Positions 52,654-61,200 of a stretch of 64,000 nucleotides of DNA are shown one piece after another. Location: NCBI GenBank assembly GCA_034530875.2, contig JAVRCJ020000007.1, forward strand, positions 192,001 through 256,000, written 5' to 3'. Origin of the DNA: Nostoc sp. DedSLP01. Lineage in GTDB: Bacteria; Cyanobacteriota; Cyanobacteriia; Cyanobacteriales; Nostocaceae. Made by a program: the position numbers and the translations under genes. The notes beneath the pieces are model-generated. The model saw only the letters and a program-made list of their open reading frames with translations, was not told where the DNA came from and ran no database searches. Numbering within the stretch: position 1 is the stretch's first letter; each line of letters starts with the position of its first letter.

Positions 52654-52735
52654 GAATAGAAGACGGTAGAGGTGGTTAAATTGATTGTATCGTAGTGTAT
52701 TGTGCCGCTAAAATACGACAAACACAGAGAAATTA

Positions 52736-52969
52736 ATGGTTAAACGCAAGAGTGCTTCTAGTTCTGATTCGATGGAAGGGTGGAACTATGAGGCAAAAGT
52801 TATTGAAATTGAGGGAATTATCGCCCGCATTGAGGCGGGTGAGTTGGAATTGGAAGAGGTTTTTGACCAATTTGGCAAGGCTGTTGAGTATTTGCGTCAG
52901 TGCGAAAATTTTTTGCAAAAGCGGCAGCAGCAGGTGGATTTGTTAATTGAAACTTTAAGCGATGAATAA
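52736..52969 (+). CDS. xseB: Exodeoxyribonuclease VII small subunit
   Basis: [45 protein letters not shown]. Confidence 0.93.
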   Translation: MVKRKSASSSDSMEGWNYEAKVIEIEGIIARIEAGELELEEVFDQFGKAVEYLRQCENFLQKRQQQVDLLIETLSDE

Positions 52970-53311
52970 AATCAAAGCCGCAATTGGTGAGTTAGGAGTC
53001 AGAATTAGTGAATTCTAGTTTATAACAGAATCTACAAATTTCTAGTGCGTTATGTTTAAGGTCATTGAATGTGGCGATCGCTAGCTGATAAACTGCATTA
53101 CCTAACTCTATTTTTTACTATAAATTTCAGCACAATGGCATATTGACAAAGAGATAATTTCTGTCAATTTTTCATACATAAAAGTGACGACAGCAGATTT
53201 TTTCTTGCATCTGCTCTATTGTGTCAATCTAATGGTTTAATTTTAAGTGGCTGGATAAATTTACAGTCATTACCGATATACTGAGTACTTATTATTGCAG
53301 TTTGTGCTTTT

Positions 53312-54067
53312 ATGAAACCGTTTCTTTTTGTAACCGATTTGGATAATACCCTAGTAGGGGAAGACAAAGCGTTAAAGGAACTAAATGACGAGCTAGAAAG
53401 GCATAGACAACAACACGGTACAAAGATAGTTTATGCAACAGGGCGATCGATTACACTCTATAAGCAATTAGCTTCAGAAAAATCGCTTTTAGAACCCGAT
53501 GCGCTCATAAGTTCTGTAGGTACTGAAGTATCTTTAGACAAAGAGTATCAAACTCCCGATCCAGAATGGTCGAGAAAATTGTCGGTCGGTTGGAACCGTG
53601 AATTAATTGTAGATATTGCTGCAAATTTTAGTAATAAACTAACTCTCCAACAAGAATCTGAACAACGCCCTTTTAAGGTTAGTTATATAATCGAAGAAGC
53701 CGCAGCAAAAGAAGTTTTACCTCAGTTGAAGTTATTATTAGAAAGCCAGAATCTCAAGTTCAATCTAATATACAGTGGCAGCCAAGATTTAGATATTTTA
53801 CCGCTTTATGCAGATAAAGGTTTAGCTGTGAAGTATATACAGGAAAAATTGGAATTTTTCCCTGATACAACAGTTGTTTGTGGAGATTCGGGTAATGATA
53901 TTGCTTTATTTAGTGTTGGAGAAGAACGCGGTATTATTGTAGGCAATGCTCGTTCTGAATTACTTGAATGGTATAACGAGAATCAAACTGATTATCGATA
54001 TTTAGCTAAGGCTTTCTATGCGAATGGTATTTTGGAAGGCTTGCGTTATTTTGAATTTATTAATTAA
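53312..54067 (+). CDS. spp: Sucrose-phosphate phosphatase (HAD IIB)
   Basis: FVTDLDNTL, YATGRS, EQRPFKVSY, DLDILP...DKG, VVCGDSGND, GIIVGNA. Confidence 0.92.
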   Translation: MKPFLFVTDLDNTLVGEDKALKELNDELERHRQQHGTKIVYATGRSITLYKQLASEKSLLEPDALISSVGTEVSLDKEYQTPDPEWSRKLSVGWNRELIVDIAANFSNKLTLQQESEQRPFKVSYIIEEAAAKEVLPQLKLLLESQNLKFNLIYSGSQDLDILPLYADKGLAVKYIQEKLEFFPDTTVVCGDSGNDIALFSVGEERGIIVGNARSELLEWYNENQTDYRYLAKAFYANGILEGLRYFEFIN

Positions 54068-54218
54068 GGATTTGGTAAACAGTCGAATTTATAATTTTGT
54101 AGATTGCGATACTAATGTAAATTATGGCAACCAATATTTAAGAGTTGCCAAAAAAACAACTAAATCTGTCTGAAAAAATCAAGCTATGTAAAAATAAGTG
54201 AATATAGGAGAAATTTCG

Positions 54219-54707
54219 ATGGACTCACTTTTACCAAAAGAATTGAATAATTTAGAAAATCAAAAAAAGGAAGAGAACGAAGAAACTGAGAGGATTGAAA
54301 CAGGAAATAAACAGAAGCCATTGAAATCGATTTTGAGTAATACTAATCCCGATAAGTTGGAAGTTAATGACATTATTAATGCTGTTAAAACAGCAATAGT
54401 TGATATTACTGAATTAGAAATTACTACTTGGGTTGCAGAGTCAAATACTCGAGTTGGTGAAGAACAAGAAAATCGTGTAGAAACAGCGAAACCAGGAAAT
54501 CGCATATATACAATGATTAATCTTGTAGATGGTAATATATCAAATGAAATCGGCAGTCAATTTGTTGGTAATGGCCCTTATGCAGAACTGCTTGAGTTTC
54601 ATTTAAGCCAAGTCAAAGAAAGCCGAGAAATTATACAAAAGAATATAGAAACTGTGCATAAAATATATGGGATTTTGATGGAGTTGTATAAATCTCGTAA
54701 AAATTAA
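54219..54707 (+). CDS. Hypothetical protein
   Basis: AGGAG RBS before the ATG at 54219; intact 162-aa ORF; no recognised family. Confidence 0.75.
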   Translation: MDSLLPKELNNLENQKKEENEETERIETGNKQKPLKSILSNTNPDKLEVNDIINAVKTAIVDITELEITTWVAESNTRVGEEQENRVETAKPGNRIYTMINLVDGNISNEIGSQFVGNGPYAELLEFHLSQVKESREIIQKNIETVHKIYGILMELYKSRKN

Positions 54708-54747
54708 AACGAGACACTTTATTTTTTAAAAGGTCAAATTTAATCGG

Positions 54748-55162
54748 TACGAGTCCGATTTGATTGATGAAAAAATTTAAGTATCTGTAGTGGACTCACA
54801 CAGCTAATTTGGTGCATTAGCAAAACTCAAAAACGTTGCTTTCTATCAATACATCAAAAATCTATTGGATCATTTTAGTCGTGTCAGTCCACTAGATATC
54901 CCCAAAATTTTTAGTCTACTGAAGTAGACTTGAGCTAAAAGCCTGTGAAATTTATTTCTTGGCGGGTGAGGAAGCCAACAGTTAAGCCATTTCTACCTTC
55001 AGTTGACACCAATGGCGAGACGCCCATCCCACAAGAGCCAAACTAATACACTATTTTAGTCTTGACACGCTAGTAGCCTAACGTACCTAAATCGTTAACT
55101 GGTGCGCTAGCCTTTGGCGTAACGCACCTTACGTGTATTTCAGAAATCAGATATGAGTCCTA
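54748..55162. mobile_element. Cluster of nested MITE-like remnants
   Basis: Outer ends resemble the 16411 family (GAGTCCGATTTGATT / AAATCAGATATGAGTCCTA). Inner element 54788..54894 has ends TAGTGGACTCACAC / GTGTCAGTCCACTA. A fragment of the 41623 family lies at about 55015-55075. Confidence 0.55.
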
Positions 55163-55230
55163 AAGAATATTAGCTAAGTAGGCAGGAAAATTTATAAGTT
55201 TTGGTTTTTCACGCCGATTGACTAACATAC

Positions 55231-55576
55231 ATACCACAACTTGAGACGGAGTTGCAGAGATTTAAATTAAATGTAAAGTTAATCTACAGTTGCGAAATAG
55301 ACCTTGACATTGTACCCCTAACCAGCGATAAAGGTCAAGCGATGCAATTTCTGCACCAAAATGTCGAGATTTGCAACGGAACCAACAGTTGTCTGTGGTA
55401 ATTAGTGATATTGCTTTATTTGCTGTAGGCAACCAAGAGGGAATCATTAATGGAGAATCCCAAAAGGGTTACTCCGATCGCACGATGAGTATCCCGCCGA
55501 TCGCTGCTACCTCATAAAAGGTTTTTGTTGAGGTGGAATTCTTGCAAAATTAAATTATTATGGTCTGTTGAAATGA
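55231..55576 (+). pseudogene. spp: Decayed 3' half of a sucrose-phosphate phosphatase gene
   Basis: Frameshifted blocks PQLETELQRFKLNVKLIYSCEIDLDIVPLTSDKGQAMQFL / TVVCGN* / DIALFAVGNQEGII / [25 protein letters not shown] align with the C-terminal half of 53312..54067. The terminal TGA overlaps the ruvA ATG. Confidence 0.88.
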
Positions 55577-56214
55577 TTAGTTATCTAAAAGGTATAGTCG
55601 CAGGTATCCAAACAATAGGCGCTAATCGCGTTATCCTAACTTTGGAAGTCAATGGTATGGGGTATGACTTGCAAGTTCCCCAACGTTTAGCGCAGCATTT
55701 ACCCGATTCCGGAGGAGTGGCGCAAATTTTTACCCATTTGCAAATTCGCGAAGAAGTGCCATTTTTATATGGCTTTGCTTCTCCAGCCGAACGCGATTTA
55801 TTTCGCCACTTGCTAACGGTTAGCGGTATTGGTGCAGCCTTAGCGATCGCTCTATTAGACACTTTAGAACTACCAGACTTAGTTCAAGCCATTATCGCTG
55901 GCAATACCCAAATCTTAATTCAAGCCCCCGGTGTCGGCAAAAAAATTGCCGAACGCATCTGTTTAGAACTGAAAAGCAAATTGATTGAGTGGCGCAAGTC
56001 AGCCGGCTTTTTCGTCGCCACTGGCGGCCCGGCACCCGGAATCCTCGAAGAAGTCCAAATGACACTGTTTGCTTTAGGGTATACTGCTCATGAAGTCAGT
56101 CACGCCTTACATGTGGTCAGTGAAGACATCGGACTCCCAAAAGATGCATACGTCGAGGATTGGATTAAACAAGCGATCGCTCATCTCAGTAGTAGCGAAC
56201 AAGTTGGTTATTAG
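55573..56214 (+). CDS. ruvA: Holliday junction branch migration protein RuvA
   Basis: [19 protein letters not shown]...[31 protein letters not shown]. Confidence 0.96.
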   Translation: MISYLKGIVAGIQTIGANRVILTLEVNGMGYDLQVPQRLAQHLPDSGGVAQIFTHLQIREEVPFLYGFASPAERDLFRHLLTVSGIGAALAIALLDTLELPDLVQAIIAGNTQILIQAPGVGKKIAERICLELKSKLIEWRKSAGFFVATGGPAPGILEEVQMTLFALGYTAHEVSHALHVVSEDIGLPKDAYVEDWIKQAIAHLSSSEQVGY

Positions 56215-56306
56215 TCATTAGTCATTGGTCATTGGTCATTAGTTATTCCCCCACACCTCCCACACCCCCCACACCTCCCACACCTCCCACACCCCCCACA
56301 CCCCCC
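56211..56306. repeat. Short tandem repeats: heptamers TT(A/G)GTCA and nonamers CCCACACC(T/C)
   Basis: Read directly between ruvA and bioF. Confidence 0.85.
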
Positions 56307-56309
56307 TCT

Positions 56310-57500
56310 ATGCCCCATGACCCTTATGCTTGGATAGAAAAATCTCTGGCAACAATTCATCGGGCAGACTGGTATCGTTCAGTACAAAGTATTGAGGGAC
56401 GGGCTGGTGCAACGGTGATTTTAGGCGGGCAAGAGGTGATTAATTTTGCCAGTAATGATTATTTGGGATTGGCTGGGGATGAACGTTTGATGGCAGCGGC
56501 GATCGCTGCTATTGAGGAATTTGGTACTGGTAGTACTGGTTCTAGATTGCTCAGTGGGCATCGAGAATTACACAGGGAGTTAGAAAAGGCGATCGCATCT
56601 ACCAAACAAACTGAAGATGCCTTAGTATTTAGTTCCGGCTATCTAGCTAATTTGGGTACAATTACCGCCCTTGTAGGCAAACGAGACTTAATTTTATCTG
56701 ACCAATACAATCATTCCAGTCTGAAAAATGGGGCGATTCTCAGCGGTGCAACAGTTTTAGAATATCCCCATTGTGATGTTGTAGCTCTCAAAACCCAGCT
56801 GAGTCAGCAACGACAAAATTACCGACGCTGTTTGATTGTGACTGATAGCGTCTTCAGTATGGATGGAGATTTATGTCCAATGCCAGCACTGTTGGAGCTA
56901 GCTGATGAATTTGGCTGTATGCTGCTAGTTGATGAAGCTCATGCTACTGGCGTACTAGGAAAAACTGGTGCTGGGTGTGTCGAACATTTCGGATGTACGG
57001 GAAGACAATTAATTCAAATTGGCACCTTGAGTAAAGCTTTGGGTAGTTTAGGCGGGTATGTAGCAGGAAGTAACGCCTTAATTGACTTTTTGCGAAACCG
57101 CGCACCTAGTTGGATATACACCACTGGGCTTTCACCTGCTGATACAGCCGCAGCCTTAGCAGCGATCGAGATAGTGCAACAAGAACCGCAACGCCGCGTC
57201 CAATTGTGGGAAAATGTGCGTTACTTAAAAACTTTGCTCGAACAGCTACCCAACCTCAAATTACTGCCTTCAGAATCACCTATATTATGTTTTCAATTGC
57301 CTAATGCTACAGATGCACTCAAGGCTGGAAAGCGCCTCAAAGATGCTGGCATTTTTGCCCCAGCCATTCGTCCGCCTACAGTGCCCACAAGTCGCATCAG
57401 AATATCTGTGATGGCAACTCATAAAGCAGCGCATATTGAAAAATTGGTAGCAGTGGTAAAAGAATGGCATGGGGCATGGGGCATGGAGGCAGAGAATTAA
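56310..57500 (+). CDS. bioF: 8-amino-7-oxononanoate synthase
   Basis: [58 protein letters not shown]. Confidence 0.96.
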   Translation: MPHDPYAWIEKSLATIHRADWYRSVQSIEGRAGATVILGGQEVINFASNDYLGLAGDERLMAAAIAAIEEFGTGSTGSRLLSGHRELHRELEKAIASTKQTEDALVFSSGYLANLGTITALVGKRDLILSDQYNHSSLKNGAILSGATVLEYPHCDVVALKTQLSQQRQNYRRCLIVTDSVFSMDGDLCPMPALLELADEFGCMLLVDEAHATGVLGKTGAGCVEHFGCTGRQLIQIGTLSKALGSLGGYVAGSNALIDFLRNRAPSWIYTTGLSPADTAAALAAIEIVQQEPQRRVQLWENVRYLKTLLEQLPNLKLLPSESPILCFQLPNATDALKAGKRLKDAGIFAPAIRPPTVPTSRIRISVMATHKAAHIEKLVAVVKEWHGAWGMEAEN

Positions 57501-57518
57501 AGTTCAAGGTTTCATTCA

Positions 57519-57616
57519 CGAATATCAAATACTCGTCGGCGAGTATCAAAGACTCGTTCGCGAATATCAAAGACTCGTCGGCGAGTATCAAAGACTCGTT
57601 CGCGAGTAAAAAAGAC
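57519..57616. repeat. About 4.5 x 21-bp units with 42-bp super-period
   Basis: CGAATATCAAA(T/G)ACTCGTCGG alternates with CGAGTATCAAAGACTCGTTCG. Confidence 0.9.
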
Positions 57617-57620
57617 TGAA

Positions 57621-57704
57621 CCCCTATTCCCCATGCCCTATTCCCGATGCCCCATGCCCCATGCCCCATGCCCAATGCCCAATGCCCAATGCCCCATATC
57701 CAAT
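57621..57704. repeat. Heptameric STRR-type repeats (CCCCATG/CCCAATG)
   Basis: Read directly; inverted counterparts (GGGGCAT) lie at about 57465-57486 inside the bioF 3' end. Confidence 0.9.
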
Positions 57705-57716
57705 GTTCACTTCCTT

Positions 57717-58196
57717 CTAAAAAACTGGCAATTGGTTAAACAAGACCCAATAAAAACCAAGTTGTTGGACTGTTTGAAAAAATTGTTCAAAATCGACCGG
57801 TTTGACGATGTAGCTATTCACCCCAAGCTGGTAACTCTCAATTAAGTCTCGTTCTTCGGCGGAAGAGGTCAGCATGACAACGGGAATTATTTGTGTGCGG
57901 GAATCGGACTTGAGTTGCCGTAAAACTTCTAATCCGCTGACCTTTGGTAGTTTCAAATCCAGCAAGATTACTTTGGGCTGATTTGTCATGGTGCGGTGGG
58001 CATAGTCTCCCTGACAAAAAATAAAATCTAGGGCTGCTGCTCCGTCCTCAAGGACTTGAATTTTATTGGCAATTCTGCTGCGGCGTAATGCCCGAATAGT
58101 TAGTTCGGCATCAGCCGAATTATCTTCGACTAAAAGTATGGCAATTGGTTCTTCGGAAGATGGATCGGTGGTTCGATCGCTTAGTTGGTCAATCAT
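57717..58196 (-). CDS. Single-domain response regulator (Rcp1-like)
   Basis: ILLVEDN, ILLDLKLP, VMLTSS, SYQLGVNSYIVKP. Confidence 0.95.
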   Translation of the reverse strand: MIDQLSDRTTDPSSEEPIAILLVEDNSADAELTIRALRRSRIANKIQVLEDGAAALDFIFCQGDYAHRTMTNQPKVILLDLKLPKVSGLEVLRQLKSDSRTQIIPVVMLTSSAEERDLIESYQLGVNSYIVKPVDFEQFFQTVQQLGFYWVLFNQLPVF

Positions 58197-58280
58197 ATCA
58201 AGTCCGGTTAATCACTTATGATTAATGCATCTTTGAAAAAACCGCAAAAGCCTTTTTTATCCTGCCTCCTGCCTCCTGCC

Positions 58281-61200
58281 TTAGTTATTGGGAATAGTGA
58301 AGTAAAAAGTCGCACCTCGATCGCTTGCTGCTTCTGCCCAGATGCGCCCACCGTGGCGTTGAATAATCCGCTGCACGATCGCCAGTCCGATCCCCGTACC
58401 TTCAAATTCGTCTTCTCGATGCAGACGTTGGAAAACTCCAAACAGATTATCGGCATACCGCATATCAAATCCTGCACCATTATCTCTGATAAAGTACGCT
58501 CCTTCACTATTGATCGCCTGATAGCCCACTTCAATGCGGGCATGGGGTTTGTAGCGGGTATACTTGATGGCATTGGATAACAGGTTAATCCAAACTTGTT
58601 TGAGTAATGAAGGGTCAGCTTGACATACAGGTAAATTGGCGATCGCAAATTCAATCTCACGACCAGACCGATCCGGGGCTAAATCATTGAGCGCCATTTT
58701 CACAATCTCATTGGGAAAAACGGTCTGCCGCGACATTTCCTTACGATCCAAACGGGATAAGGTCAACAAATCATCGATCAGCTCGCCCATGCGTTTGGCA
58801 TTATCGCGGATAACTTTCAAGTAACGATTGGCTTCCGTATCGAGAAGGTGGCCGTAATCTTCCTGCATGATTCTTGAAAAGCCATCGATCGCCCGCAGCG
58901 GTGCCCGCAAATCATGGGAAACTGAATAGGAAAAGGATTCTAATGCTTTGTTAGCAGTTTCTAGTTCGGCTGTTCGTTGTTTGACCCTGATTTCCAAAGA
59001 CTGATTGAGTTGATGCAGGGCTTCGATCGCTCTCTTGCGCTCTAATTCTGCTGCTGCCCGGGCTGCAAATACGTCTAAAATGATCTCTGTTCGGCGTCGA
59101 TCTGACAGCGGTCGCGTGTCGAGAATGCAAAGATTGCCAATGGGATCGCCGCTGGCATTTTTTAAAGAAATACCGAGATAACTTTCTGCTTGCATTGCCA
59201 CCAAGTCTAAGTCTTCAGGGAAAGTTTGCTGAACATTGCTCTCGCAGTAAAACAATCCTTCTCTCAAGGCAAATTCGCATGGTGTACGCGCCGGAAAGTA
59301 GAATATTTGTGGTTGCAATGCCCCATGCGCCCAAAAAGCTAGAGCTTTCAATTTCCCTTCTACTAGTTCGGTGACAAGGGCATAGGGGACGTGCAAGGCT
59401 TCGGCAATATGATGAACCAAAGCTGGGAAAAAATCTTGTCCTGTAACCGCAGCCGTTCCCATAACCAAATTTTGCAGCGTTGTTTCTGCTGTTTTTAGTT
59501 CTGCTTCTCGGTGTTTGGCCTCAGTGATATCCCGAAGGATGGTAGAAAAATATTCCACATTGCCATCTGGTGCCTTGTGAGCAACGATCAATTGGGAAAC
59601 TGGAATTTCTCTGCCATCGCTGCTTAACAAAGCATTTTCACCAACCCAAATACCATCTCGAATTGCTGTTGGAATGCCTTGGTTTTGAACGATATCTAGC
59701 GCCCACTGGGGATGGTAGTTAGCGATTCTCAAAGTGGAAAGGTCTGCATCTAAGGACAGACCAAGGAGTTTGCGACACTGAGCATTGTTCCAGAGGATAT
59801 TGCCTTGGGAGTCTGCCATCCCAACATAGTCAGTGGTGGCTTGTAGCATAGCAATTAAGCGATCGCGGTCTTTTTGTGCCTGTTGGCGTTCGGCAATTTC
59901 AGCCCGCAAAGATTCATTGAGCTGTGTTTGTTGCTTTAACAAACGGGCATTATCAATGGAAATAGCTGCCTGAGTAGAAAGTAGGCAAAGAATTTCAATT
60001 CGCTCTGGGGTAAATGCTTTAGTGCTGAGATTGTTTTCTAAAAGCACAATTGCTGTGAGTTTTCCCTGATTCAACAAGGGGGTACAAAGAAGTGATTTCG
60101 ATTGACGCCGCACAATCCAGGGTTCGGACTGAAAGTTGCCTTCAGCAGCAGCATTATCCAAGACTACACTTTCCTGGGTGCGAACCACGTAATTGATGAG
60201 GGCGTTTGGTAAATCACAATTGCTGTCTTTTAATATCGATTCTTGGGGAACTGATTCTAAAATGGCTTGCCGATTGTCAATCGACTTCATCGCCTCAATC
60301 CGCCATTGGTCTTGTGTTGGCAAAATTAGATAGCCTGTTTGCGCCCCAGCATTTTCAATTAAAATGTTCATTAATTTTGCCAGGAGTTTATCTAAGACAA
60401 TTTCACTGGCCATCGCCTGGGAGGCTTTCAACACCGTCTCTAGGTCGAGCGTTTCTAACTTCCTGGAAGCCAATTGTATTGTGTCCAGTTGAGGTATTTC
60501 AGTTTTGAGAGACGGCACCTCTAAAAGCTGGGGATAGTGTTTTTCTAAATTTTGGACTTTAGCAGTTGCTCCCCACCGCAGGTAGCCGTACCTCGCTTCT
60601 TGGAAATAAGCTTTGGCAATCGTAATGCGGTTGTTTGCCAGATGGAATTTTGCCGCTAGTTCGTTAGCCAAAGCTTCTTCTTGCAGGTATCGATTTTCCC
60701 TCGCTAAGGCAATGGCGCGATCGTAGGCGTCCATTGCTGCCACTACCTCACCCAATACCCGATACCGTTCTGCCTCTACTAAATACCACTTGTGTAGATA
60801 GTTCATTGGCGCATGGTGCGCCCAAAGTTGCATTTTTGCCTGATTTTCTGCTACCTTTTCCAGCAATTGAGATTGTTTGCTGACCTCTGTATCGGAATAT
60901 ATTGCCAGTCGGCATAGAGAATCGTAGAAATTAAAGATGGCAACAAAAGCTGCCCCGGTCATGGCTGGTAAATATTCTTGGGCGAGTAAGGCATTGGCAA
61001 TTGCCCGATCTGCATCGCCAAACAAATAACAGAGAAATAATTTATTGAGGTAGAAATAGAACAAACCCGCGTGAAAATTGGTTTGTTGCATCTGGGATAG
61101 TTGATTTGCTTCATCGTAAGCTTTACCCGATAACATCCCTGGATCGGCTACTTCCTCAACCAAGTTCAAAACAGTCTGCCAGGAAATATCTATGAAATCA

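Noticed and set aside
47975..52700. Complete diversity-generating retroelement
   Set aside because: No reverse transcriptase, Avd or separate template repeat recognised in the window, and many adenines in the LRR scaffold are invariant. Kept only as a testable trans-acting hypothesis.
56232..56309. PTP-repeat N-terminal extension of BioF
   Set aside because: Arises from intergenic 9-bp repeats and a TTG start; the ATG at 56310 gives a normal BioF.
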